In this document: positions 37,720-50,000 of the stretch, piece by piece | Numbering within the stretch: position 1 is the first letter of the stretch | Layout: every line of letters starts with the position of its first letter | IMG/VR virus record: IMGVR_UViG_2912740531_000001 | Span: 8,142 to 72,141 of that record | Reading direction: 5' to 3' (one strand) | DNA: 64,000 nucleotides | Source: a virus | Taxonomy: Duplodnaviria > Caudoviricetes | Notes under the pieces: model-generated | Seen by the model: only the letters and a program-made list of their open reading frames with translations | Told to the model about the DNA's origin: nothing | Database searches by the model: none | Translations under genes and position numbers: made by a program

Positions 37720-38037
37720 TCACCCTCTACCAAGATCATTCTTGCCCAATTGGGCAAGTCCGCCGGATCGGCTCCCCGGTACGCGCACCTGCCTCGGCAC
37801 GCTCCCGCTCTCCTCGATGACGTTGGTGTACTCGCGGAGGACCGCGAGGACGGACGCCTCGTCGCCCCCGGCAACGGCCGTCATGGGGCCGGTCGGTGAC
37901 AGGGCGACGGTCTCGCCCAGGTGGAGCTCCACCAGGGCCGCGGTCCGGTACGACCCGATCACCGGGCGGTCAGCCCGCCCGGTGATCTGCACTGTGTAGG
38001 TCGCACCGTCGTCGAACGAGCCGGTGACGGTGAGCAC
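37720..38037 (-). CDS. Hypothetical protein
   Basis: RBS AAGGAGG; directly after the giant gene. Confidence 0.65.
   Translation of the reverse strand: MLTVTGSFDDGATYTVQITGRADRPVIGSYRTAALVELHLGETVALSPTGPMTAVAGGDEASVLAVLREYTNVIEESGSVPRQVRVPGSRSGGLAQLGKNDLGRG
37731..37759. repeat. 29-bp element with 18-bp palindrome (copy 2, inverted)
   Basis: CAAGATCATTCTTGCCCAATTGGGCAAGT. Confidence 0.9.
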
Positions 38038-38048
38038 TGCATGCCTCC

Positions 38049-41000
38049 TTATCGAGTGGCCATCAGGCCCAGGAGGAACGCCCGCAGGTCGTCGTCCTGG
38101 TACCAGTCGCCGTTAAACATGGCCTGAACGGACCGCGCGAGACTGTCACCGGTCTCCGGTTGCGTCTGCTGCCGCCGCAGGAGTCGGTCCAGTGCGCTGC
38201 GCCGCATGCGGCGGGCGCCGGGCCGGCCGGTGTGCGTCCTGGTGAACCAGAACGCGCGCTGCGCGGCGTCCAGGTCGCCGAGGTGGCGGGCGAAGTGCTG
38301 CGCCAGGGCGTGCCCGGCGGTGCCCAGTCCTTCGTCGGCCAGGTCGGCGACAGTGATCCGCTGTCCCTCCGGCTCGTAGCGGCCCTGCGTGCCGTCGACG
38401 GCCGTCAGGCGGCGCGACTCGGGGGTGTTGAGCCACGCCCGAGGGATAAGGCGCTGCACGCCCCGTACGGCCCGTTCGGCGTCCGGGTTGGTGTCCGGGC
38501 CGAACACGATCGCGGCGTTGCCTTCGGGGCCCATGTCGCGGATGTCGGCAAGGGCTGCGGCGACGGCGTCGGGGACCGCGGCGGCGTACCGGGCCCGCAG
38601 GCCGGCGTACTCCCGGCGGGCGGCCGTCAACTCCATGCGGGCCGCGTCGATCTCGACCTCGAGGTCCGGGTCATCCGGGATGGTCGAGCCGCTGCGGGCC
38701 GCCTGCAGGTTGACCAGGCGCCGCTCGCTGGTGGCCACGTAGTCGTCAGCGTGCTGCAGCGTGGCGTGCGGGTCGTCGCCGAAGTCGTCGCCGAGGGCTG
38801 CGGACAGACGGCGGGTCACGTCCTGGTCGACGTCGCTGCCGGCCGCCCGCAGGGCCGCCATGTGGCGGAGCGCGGTCAGGCCGGGGCCACCGTCGGCCGC
38901 CCGGTCCGGCGCCCACTGGATACGGTCTGACCGGTCCGGGAGCCGTCCGGCTGCGAGCCGTCCCCACGTCGTCGGGCGCCGGAAGGTGACGCGCTGCTGC
39001 GCCTGCCCGAACCGCCCCGGTTCCGGCATCAGTCCGGCCCAATGAGAGATCCGCGCCGCCAGCGATTCGCCGTCCGCGTCGGGCAGGTTCACCGCACGGT
39101 GCAGACGCGCCAGGCGGCGTGACTCCGGCCACTGCCGGACACGGCGGACCATACGGCCGAGGAATGCCCGCAGGCGGGCCAGGCGCTCCCGTGCAGTGCT
39201 GTACTTCTCGGCGATCTTTCGTGCTCCGGCCTTCACTAGTTCCGCGAGGCGCTTGGTCATGCGGATCAGGAGAGCAACGATCCGAGCGAGGAGGCCCGGC
39301 TGTCGGCCGGCGTCCGGGGACGCCGCGGCGACCCGGGCGGCGATCCGGCGGGCCGTGGCCTGCCGGGAACCGGCCATGTGCTGGGTGAGGATGCGGGCGA
39401 TCCGCTCGGCGTCGCCCGGGTCCACGCCCGCGGCCTGGAGCTGCTGCAGGAGCGCGTTCACCGCGTCGTCGGCGTGCCCCGTGACCGCCTGCGTGACGTC
39501 CGGGTCGGAGTCGGGATCCGTCGTGGACGGTCGACCCGCCACCTGGTCAGGGATGAGACGCAGTAGGTCCCGTGCGCGGGCCGCCAGGTCCTCGTCGCTC
39601 TCGTCGGGGAGCGGCTCGAGGTCGTTGATGGTGCGCAGGGCTGCCCGCACGGTGTCCGTGTGCGCCTGCTCGCGGGTGTCGCGGAGACGCCGCTGGGCGG
39701 CGGCCCGGTCTCGTCCGGTGATGCCCGCGGCGTCGAGCGCGGCGGCCGCGTGGCGTCGGGTCGCCTGGCGGGCATCGCTCAGGGCCTCCGGGGTGAGGCG
39801 CTGGGCGATCTGCTCGCGCAGGGCATGGATGTCACCGGGCGGCTCCGTGCCCGCTGTGGCCTCGTCGATGATGCGCGCGGCCAGGCTGCGGGCGTGGTCG
39901 CTGACGATCCGGTCGACGTCGGCCTGCTGCACCTGGTTGGGATCGCGGGGCGTACCAACCGGCGGGAGGGCCGGGGTGGGCCGGTTCCGGTCGTAGACGT
40001 TCACCGTACGGCCGTTGTGCAGACCGAAGTCGTGGACGTTGCCCTCCTCGTCCATGCCCGTGAGCTGCGTCCACCAGCCGTTGCGCTGCGGCTCGCCGAT
40101 GATCGTCAGCCGCCGGTGGCCATTGAACTGGTAGCCGGTCCGGCTCACGGGCGCGTCGATGACGTCGCCGTCTCGCAGGCTTCCCGGGCGGACCCGGGCG
40201 ACGGGCACCGAGGGTTCGTCCGGCGAGCTCAAGGTGTCCGGGGTAGCCGGAGTGGTCGGGGCGTCCGGGGTGGTGTCCGTGTCGTCGACGTCGGGCGGGG
40301 TGACGGGGTCCGGCTCGGCCTCGGGGAGCTGCCACACGGGCATCGCCCCGTGGACGACGCGACGCCGCCACTGCTGGTTCTCCTGATCCTCCAGGAGGAA
40401 GCTGCGCACGCCGCCGGGGCCGTCTTCGGCGTCGATGATGCGGAAGACACGCACCTGGTCGCCGCGGCGCTCGTCGGGCATGGCCACCAGGTCGCCATCC
40501 CCAACCTGAGCGGCGTTCGACGGGCGAGGCCGGTCGAGGCCCTCGGGCGGGGTACGGCCGGCGGCTCGGTCGAGGTGGTCCGCGGCCCGCAGAGCGGCGC
40601 GGCCCTCGAGAGTCGACGGGTCCGCGGCCGCGCGCAGTTGGGTGGCGAGTGCCGAGGCCTGCTCCGGGGTGACGGGCAGATCCGCGGTGATACGTACGGC
40701 GGCCTGGTGGGCGTCGGGGTTGTCCTCCGGGCCGTCGGCGTGGTCGCCGATGACGTCCCGGTCGCCCGCGGTGAGGTCCGGGTCGACGGTCGGGCCGGTT
40801 ACCGGCTCCACCGTGTAAGGCGCGGGGTGCACAGTCAGGTCGTCGGCCGGTCGGGGGGCATCGTCCGGACCGAGCTCCGGGGCGCCGCCGTCCGGGCCCT
40901 GGGCGCGAGGCAGTACCGCGCGGGCATCGACGTCGATCTCGCCCATCTCGCCCGTCGTGGTGTCGGCGTATTGCAGGGTGACGCGGTCTCCGTCTCTGCT

Positions 41001-44000
41001 GGGCTCACCGGTGATCGCGACGGTGGCGAGGTGGCCGTCGAGGTCCAGGACCACGACGTCGCCGTCCTTGAGGTCCGCGGCCGCGGGCTCGTCGATGCCG
41101 GTCACCGGTTCCGGGGCGTCGTCGCGCACCTCGCCGGTGACGCGAAGGTCTCCGGCGCTGCGGGTGATGGTGCCGTCGGCCGTGGTGATGGTGACGGTGT
41201 CTCCATCGACGTCGTCGACGGGGCCGAGGAGGGCCCCGTCGTTGTCACTGACGACGCTCTGCGTGGTCACCCGGTGCCCGTCGGCGGTCCAGCCGTCGGG
41301 GCGCTGCCCGTAGGTGACGGTGACCGTCGTCGGCGAGACCGCGGTGTCGTCGTTGCCGTCGGACCAGTGCACCGAAACGGTGGTGTCGGTGGCGCCGGTG
41401 ACGGTTCCCCCACGGTCGTCGGTGCTGGTGACGGTGCTGCCGGGGAACAGACCACGGCCCCCGCCGTCGGTGGGGATCTGGTCGGGCAGGTCGCCCGAGC
41501 GGAGCGCGGCCTGGGCACCGCTGGCCGGGGACCCGGGCACAACGTCGTCCGGCGCCTCGGCGCGCGCCGCGGTCGCGTTGACCGATGTGTAGACGTTTCC
41601 GCTGGCGCCGGTGCCATCCGGGTTTTCCGTGACCCAGGTACGCCACATCTGATCGGTGCGACCGCGGCGGGTGACGTCGACCAGCACGGGCCCTTGGTGG
41701 ACGTACCCGGCGCGCTGGACGGGACGGCCGTTCTTGGTGGTGCCGTTCATGCGGACCATGTCACCGGGCACGAGGTCCTCGACTCGGGCCCAGTGTGCGG
41801 GCTGTCCGCCGATCGGCTCAGGGTCGGGCTCCGGCTCGGGCTCCGCCGGCGGACGGACGGTGTCCTCTGGATCCTTGACGGGCTCCGGCGTCGGCACCGC
41901 GGGGGACGGCGTGGTGCCGTCGCCCTGCGGCTCGTCCTCGGCGCGGGGCCGCTCGGTGTCGCTGTCCGGCCCGCCGAGGCCCTCGAGGAGGCGGCGGGCC
42001 CAGAAGGCGCGCGCGTCAAGGTCGTTGAGGACGTCGCGCTGCTCTCCTCCTCGCTGAGTGTCGGGCAGGAGGCCACGCAGCCATGCGAAGTCGTCGCGCG
42101 CCTGGACTAGGTCGTCCCTCAAGTCCCCGCTGGGCGACCGCTGGTCACGGAAGGCGTCGACCGTGCCGGTCAGCCGCTCATAGCGGGCGCGCGCCTCCGG
42201 ATTGTTGCGGAGGGACTCCGGCAGTTCCGGCAGCTCCCGCGTCATGCCCGCCAGGTGCACGGTCACGGTGTCCCACACGTCGTCGCTGGGGTTCGCCGGG
42301 TCCGCGGGGCCGTCCTGCAGGGCGCGGATGACCAGGTTGGCGATGGCCGTGTCACGGCTCTGGGAACGGCTGTTCAGGTCGTGATCCAGGCCGAAGAACG
42401 GGTGGGCGTCCCACACCGGTTCGCGGTCGGGGTCGGACCGGTAGAGGTTGGAGATGGTGCCGATCTGCTGGCCGTCGAGCCACACGGACTCGGATTCGCC
42501 TGCAGGGCGCAACTCGGCCCGGTCAGCGAACTCCTTCATCCGGTCATGTCCGCCGAACCGGAATGCGGCGTCTTCCTCGCTCTCGACATCCGCGGGGTTG
42601 AACGGCGGCGGCGGGGTGACGTCATCGGCCGTGAAGGGGGCCGTGTCGTCCGGGGCGCCGCTCTCGGTTTCGGCCGCGCGGCGCTGCTCCTCCTCGAACA
42701 GGTCTCGGTCTCTGCGGTCTCCGTCGCGGCGTGACTGCTTGAACTGTGCGAACGTCTGGCGGCCGCCGTTGTTGTCGAACCACTCCTGCAGTTCCTCGCT
42801 CGCGTACTGCCTCCACCGGTCGCGCGCCGACAGGCTGCCACCGGAGAACAGCTCTCGCTCGTCGAAGGGCAGAGCGCCGAACTTGTACTCGCGCTTGAAG
42901 AAGTAGCCGTTCGTGAAGTCGACAGCCTGGCGGTAGCGGGCCTCGTCCCAATCGGCGAACTCGGCACGCAAGACACGGTCGGCCTCCCGCTGCCGGTACT
43001 GCGGATACGTGAGCCGGCCGTGGCCGACGTTCTCGTCATCGCCGTCGATCCAGAGGTTCAGCTCAGGCGAGGCCAGTTCCTTCGCGCGCTTGTTGCTGTA
43101 CTTGGTGCCGGAGAACACGGCGCGCGGATCAATGCCCTGGGCCTCGGCCTCGGAGCTGAGCATGCGCCCACCAGTGGCCTCCATGGCTGCCTGGAAACGC
43201 TCCTCATCGAGGGCGTCGAACTCTCGGCGCAAGCGTCCGGGGGCGGCCGAAGCGGGCTGCGTGACGTCCGTGTCGCCGAAGCCGAGGGCCTCATCCATGG
43301 CACGGCCGCGGCGCTCCGCCTCTTCGGCGTCCGCCGGCGGAGTGTCCGGTACGGCAGCACGGATCCGCTCGTCGACGTAGCCGTCGCGGCGGTCCATCTC
43401 CGCCATGACGCGCAGTTCGTCATCCGGGCCCAGGCCCTGCCGGTAGGCGGCCTCGAGCTCCGGGTCGCTCAGGGTGGAGAGGTCCTCGGGCAGGGTGAAC
43501 GCACCGCTGCGCTCCTGCTCGTAGTCGTCCTGCACTGCGCGGAGCGCTTGGGGGAGGCTGCGGCCTTCCCCATCACGCCACGCGAGCGCGCTAGCCGGGC
43601 CCCACGGCTGGTGCCAGTCGAATGGGTCGCCGTTGCGGTCGGTTATCTCCTCGAACCGCCCGGCGAGGGTCCGCGCCTCTTCGGGGTCGTCCGAAGTCAG
43701 GGTGAGGCCGGGCAGGTTGGTGCCGTTGCGGGCCTGGGCGAAGCGCCACACGGTGGAGCCGTCGGCCTGCGGCTCGGGGTACACCGCCAGACCGCCCTCG
43801 GGCGACAGAGCGAGGCCTTCCCGGTCCGCCAACTCGGCCAGGTGGGAACGCCGCTCGGGGGTGTCCTCGGCCGCTGTGAGGTCCTCTCCGGTCCGCCAGG
43901 CGTTCCGCAGGGAGTCAACGTCGCGGTGACGGGAGCGGCGGGATCGGCCACCGTCACGGTTGCCGGAGGAACCGCTGCCGCCCTCGCCGCCGTCCCCGGT

Positions 44001-47000
44001 CGCGTCGGGGACGTTGAAGTCCGGCAGGTTCAGGTGCGGCAGGCCGGGCCCACCCGGACCGCCACCGCCGGGGCCGCCGTTGCCGCCACGGTCACGGCGG
44101 CGACGCCGACGCCTGCGCCGCTTCTCGTCGTCTTCGTCGCCCTCCGGGGCGTCCTGGTCGTTGTCCTCGCTCTCCGGGCCGTCGCCCTCGCCGCTGCTCG
44201 AGTCGTTGCTGTCGTCGCCGTCGGGCGTGCCTGCGTCGCCGCCGTCGGGCTCGCCATCAGGGTCGGCCGCACCGCCGTCGAGATCGCCGTCGCGGTTCCG
44301 CTGGCGGCGCTCCTCGTCGTCCTGGTCGTCGTTCTGCTGCTCGTCCTCCTCGCCCTCCTGGGCGCCCCCGTCCGTCGCCTCGTTGCGGTTGTCGTCGTCC
44401 TGGCCGTCGTTGGACGCGCCGTCGGTGCTGCGGTCGTCGTCCTGGCCGTCGGGGTCGTCGCCGCGGCGTTCATCGCTGTCGTCCTGCTCACCGCGAGCGA
44501 TACGTGCAGCGCGGCGGAATCGATCGGCGGCGAGCTCACCCTGCGGGCCTGCGAGCTCATACTGCTCGGCGAGCGCGTCGATCCGGTCTGCGATGTCGCG
44601 GAGCTCCGCATCCCGATCTTCGGATGAGTCGGCGCGGTCGAGACGGTCGACGAGCTCCTGCATCTCCGGCAGCGACTCGCCGCCCACGGCGTTCATGCCC
44701 TCGCCGAACAGGCCCTGCGCCCGGCCGGCACGGTCGTCGTCGTTCGGGCCGTCCAGGTCCGGGCCGTTGTCGGGGCCGTCAGCGTTTCCGTCGGTGTTCT
44801 GGAAGTCCGGATACCGAAGGTCGCGCTCGGCCTTCATGCGGGCTGCGGTGGCCCACGACCTGGTCCTGCGCGTCTCGTACGGCAGCTCAAGGTCCGGGTC
44901 GTCGAACTGGCTCTCCAGCCACGCGGCCTCGTCGCGGATCTGGCGGAGGTCGCCCTGCAGATCGTCCGTCTCGCCCCGGCTGACGCGCTGGATGAGGTCC
45001 TGCAAACGCTGGATGCGCTCCGGGTCCTGTAGGCCTTCCCTGCTCTGGAGGGTGGCGATGTCGTCGCCGATGTCGGCCATGCGGGCGCGGAGTTCGTGCC
45101 GCCATGCCGGCGTCGGCTCCGGCCGCGTACGGTCGCTGGCCCACGCGAAGGTGTCGTCGGGGTGGCTCAGGAAGACGGGGCTGATGTCCGAGCGGGAGCC
45201 GTCGAGATTGGAGACGGACAGGACCATCGTCCCGTTGTCGTTCCGGCTCACGCTGTTCACGCGGACCGGCTGCCTCCAGCCCACGGGGTACGGGCGGCCG
45301 TTCCCGTCCTGCCGCGTGATCGGCACGCGGATGACGTCGTTCTCGGCCACGTCGTCGCGGTCGCCGAGGGCCCACCCCTCGGGTGCCTCGCTGCGGGCCT
45401 GCTCCCGCCGGGCGTCTTCGTCGGCGTTCTCACGGCGGACGTCGCGGTTGCGGACGAGCGCGGCCACGGCCTCCGCGCGTCTCGCGTAGGAGTCGGGGGA
45501 ATCCTGCCCGTCAGCGTTGGTGTACCGCCACTTGCGAGCGAGTTGGCTGACGGTGCCGGCGTCCTCGCCGTCGACGGTCACCGGGTACGAGCCGTCATCG
45601 TTCCGCTTGCCGATCTCGGCCCGCGCGAGCGCTTCGGCCCGCTCCTGCTTCTTCTTCTCCTTCTTCTCACGGTCCCGGCGGGCGTTGTCGCGATTGCGCT
45701 GCTCCTCGTGCAGCTTGCCGCGGCGGCTGGCGACAGGGGAGAGCGCGAGCATGGCGTTGCCCTGAATGCGCGGGCCTTCCCCGGTGCGCGAGACGTGCCG
45801 GTTCTGCCACGCCTGCAGCTCCTCGAGCTCGGCCTGGATGTCCTCGTCGGTCATGTCCGCCGGCGACGTGTCCCGGATCGGCGCGTCGGGCGCCGTGGCG
45901 CTGTCGGCCGTGTCCCTGTCCTCGGACTGCCCCGGGCGCTGCCAGGCGTCCCACTGCTCGGGGGTGAACCGCTCCACGAGGCCACGGGGCGGCATGGTGA
46001 CGGTGTGCTGGGTCGGGTCGCCGGGCTCCCACTGCTGCCGGTCGTCGTTCCAGCGTCGCGACTGGTAGGTGACGAGAGTGCGGCCCTGGTCCCCGGACGC
46101 AGAGGCGGCCCGCCCCTTGAAGGTGCCGTAGTACGGGGCAAGGCTGCGGTCGCGGTCGGCAGGGTTCTCGGCGTCGAACCGGACGAGGTCGCCATCGCGG
46201 ATGTCCCACGGGTGGAACAAGGTCCCGCCGTTGGGGCCGTCGCCCTGGGGCTCCGGTTCCCGCTCGGGCAGCGCGGCGAGCGCGCGGTCGAGGTCCTGGC
46301 CCAAGTCGAACAGACCGGCCCGGACGGACTGCGCCTCGTCGGACTCGGGCAGGAGGTCCCGAGTCAGTCGTCCCGCGACGTAGTCGAGCTGTTCGCGGAC
46401 GCGCCGCAGGTCCTCGCGGGCGTCGCCGGTCGGCGGGTCTCCGGCGAGGATCCCATCGAGGGACTCGCGGATCTTGGCGTAGTCGCCGCGGATACGACGG
46501 ACGTCGTCCTTGTGCTGCCGGGACAGGCCCGTGAGGTTCGGCAGGGGCGGGAGCTCGGGCAGACGGTCGAGGACGGTGCGGGCGGTCTCCGTCTCGTCTC
46601 CCGGAGTGTCCGAGGTCTCGGGGCCGTCAGAGCCTTCCGCGGTACCGGGGGCCTCGGGGGTGTCCGGGGTGCCGTTGGTGATGAGGTCCGGCGTGCCGAA
46701 CTCGTCAGTCGGCCGGGGCGCGTTCGGGTCCGCGGTCGGGGCCGGACGCTCGTCCTGGCCGAAATCGTCCGGGGTCATCTGCGTCCACGGCAGGCCATCG
46801 CCGGCGTCGCTTGGCTCCCGGTCCGGCACTATGCCGGGCTTGGCCGTGCCGAAGGTGGCGTCGGTGCGGGGCACTTCGAGCTCGACGTCCTCGTCACCGC
46901 TGCGGCCGGTGATTAGGACCTGGCCCATGTCACCGCGGCGGATCTCGGAGACCTCTAGCGGCTCCGACCAGCCGGTCACGACGCGTCGACGGTTGTCTTC

Positions 47001-50000
47001 CGAGCGGCCCAGCTCGGGCACACGGATGGTGTCGTCCGGCTGCACGTCGTCCCACGCCGAGTGCTTCCAGCCCTCACCGGCCCGCTCATTGCGGGCGTCG
47101 GTGAGCTTGTTGAGCGCGGTGATGGCGGCCGCGCGAGTCTTGTACCGCTCACTGGTCGGGGTCCGGCCGTCGCGGTCGACGAACAGCCACTTCCCCTTCT
47201 TCTCCTGGTAGACGATCCCGATGGGTGCACCGTCTCGGCCCTGGACCTGCTCAGCCTTCTTCGCGGCCAGCGCGGCAGGGTCACGGACGAGGCTGGCCAG
47301 GGCCCGGCGGTGCGACTCGTCGCGTCGGCGCGCAAAGTTCCGTTCGGACCGAGCGGTGGTCAGGGCGTGGATGCGGGCGCTGACCTGCCGACGCACGGTC
47401 CGGGCCGCCGGATCGTTGCCCTCGGGGAGGGTGGCGCCCTCAAGGTGTGCCAACTCCGCCGCGATCTGGTCGTCCCGCATGGTCTTGGGGTCGGTGGCTC
47501 CCGGGCGGGGCGTGCCGTCGTCGGCAGGCTCGTCGAACATCGTCCTGATCTCGCCGCCGCGGCGGCGGGCGAGGACGCTGTCGTACGGAGTGGGCCCGCG
47601 GCCCTGCAGGCGCAGGTTCTTCGGGCCAATGGAGTCGACGGTGTCCCAGGAACGGCCGGTCCACACTTCGTCGCCCGGCAGGAAGTCGGTGACCGCCCAG
47701 GTCCCCGCCGGGGCGAAGTAGTGCCCCTGGAGCTGCTCGAGCTGCTCCTCGGAGAGCTCCGGCTTCTCGGTCGACTCTTCCGGGGCCTGGTAGGCGACAT
47801 TCCGCCCGTCCAGCCACTCCTTGAGTCGACGCACCTTGTCCTCGCGGCGGGACAGCGTCATGTTGCTGGGCAGGTAGAAGAACCGGGGTTGTGTCCTGTC
47901 CCGGCTGGCCTTGAATCCCAGGCTTCGCAGCACCGCGAACTCTTCGTCGCTGACCATGCCGTTCGGCGTGGGGAAGCGAACGACGGTCCCGGTGCCGCTG
48001 TGGTCGATGGTGACCTGGTTGGGGGCCGCGGCAGGCTCGGCGGCCGCCGGGGCATCGGCATCGCTCGGTGCGTCGGCAGCGTCCGGGGCCGGGGCCTCGG
48101 CCTCCGGCGTCTCGCCCGCCGGGGAGTCCGCGGACGGGGCGGCGCCCTCGGGGGCGTCTGTCTCGGGTACTTCGGGAGCGTCCTCGTCCGGGTGCAGTAC
48201 GCGCAGTTCTCGGTCCGCGGCGAGGAAGTGCTCGCCACCGTTCTCGTCGACGACGCGGATACGGCCTCGGGGGGTACGCAGCGGCGGCTCCGCCACGGTG
48301 TGCGTGCGCCCCTGAGTGTCGACGAACCGGTCTCCCTCCTCGAAGTCCATCGGCTTGCGGGACTGCGGGGGGCGCAGCTTGCTCGTGTCGCGGCCCTCGG
48401 CGTCGGCGAACATGTCCGGCGTGCCAAAGGGATCGTCGGCCTGGTCGTCCGGGTTGTTCGGGTCGGCCACGAACTGCTGCTGTTCCTCCGGGCCGACGTC
48501 GAACAGGCCGCCGGGCTCCTCCGCGGGCGCCTTCGGCTTGGGCTTCGGCTCCTCCTTCGGCTTCCGGCCGGCGCGGCGGGCCTCCTCCGCCTCGAGGACT
48601 CGCAGGCGGGTGCGGTCGACGCCGGACAGCTCGCCGCCGTTGGCCATCTCCCGCTCCATCAGGGAGACGATCTCGTCGCGGATCTCCCCGTCGTCCATAG
48701 AGGACGGGGCTTTGGAACCTTCGGGGCGTACCGCGTCGATCTGCGGGGACACCTCGTCGGGGGTGAGGGTGACGGTGGTGTTCGCCTCCGGGGCGTCAGG
48801 TTGGGGGACGTCCGGCTTCGGGGCGTCGGACTCGGCCGCCGTACGCTTCCGCTTCTTCTCCGTGATTGCGCGGGAGTCGGCCTCGAACCGGTCGGCGTTG
48901 TCGTCCAGGCCCTCCTCGAGCCGGTGCAGCGCCTTTGCCAGGTCCTGCGTGACGCCCTCGGTGTCCAGCTCGTGGAGAGCGGTCAGGGCGCCATGCATCG
49001 CGTCGGCGTTCTCCTGGTAGCCGTCAGTGCCCTTTGGGGTGTCCGTGACGTTCTGCATGTGCTGGGCCAGGGTGCGGAATTCCTCCGGCGCTCCGTCCGG
49101 CCACTGCTGCTCGGCGAGCTCGTTGACCTTGCCCCAGTCGCTGAGGACGCGCGCGGCCGCCCGCTTGGCGTCGCCACTGTTGGGGTGCTGCTGCGTGCGG
49201 TCGGGGACGTCGCGGAGAACATCCTCCGGCCGCCGGCGGGCCTTGGGTACTACGGTCAGTGTGTCGCCGGGGCGCGTGCCGAACTGGTCGATCTCGCCGC
49301 GGCCGCCGAGGTTGCGGGTGGTGAAGGTGCGGCCGCCCTGGTAGCGGTCGATACGCCCGACCACGTGCCCAAACTCCCCGCGTGCAATGACGTCCCCGAC
49401 CCGGACGCGGTCGGCACGGAGTTCCTCGGGCGTGAAGCCATCGGTGTGCCCGGACACGGCGACCTGGCTCGGCATACGCAGGACACGTGCGGTGTCCCCG
49501 GACACCATCACCTTGCCGTCCGGGCCAGTCAGCGTGACGTCCACCAGGGGAGCGCCACGGGTCCCCGGGCCCCCCGAGAACGTGGGGGCAACGGTGCCCT
49601 CAACGGTGACCGTTCCCGGCTTGGGCTGATTCCGAGTGCTCATCGGCCACTCGATGTCGCTGCTGGAGACGGTGACCTTGACGCGGTCGCCGGGCTTGAG
49701 GGCCTCACGACTGACCGGCGCGGCCGAACCAGCGTCTGCGGCCGGGGCCACAGGCTCGGACGGCCGTGGACGCGCGGCCGCGGGCTTCTTCGCCGCGGGC
49801 TTCTTCTTGCTGCTGTCGAACTCCTGGCGAGCCCGCTCGATCGCGGCCCGAATGTTCTCACCCCTGCTGGACTGCCACGTCCGGGCTACCTCGTCCAGGT
49901 TCGGGTCGGTGAAGTCGAACACTCGACTGTCAGGGCCGAGACCGTCACCCGTACCCGAACGCACGTGACGATCAAGGAAGTAGGCGAAGCTGCTGGCCTC

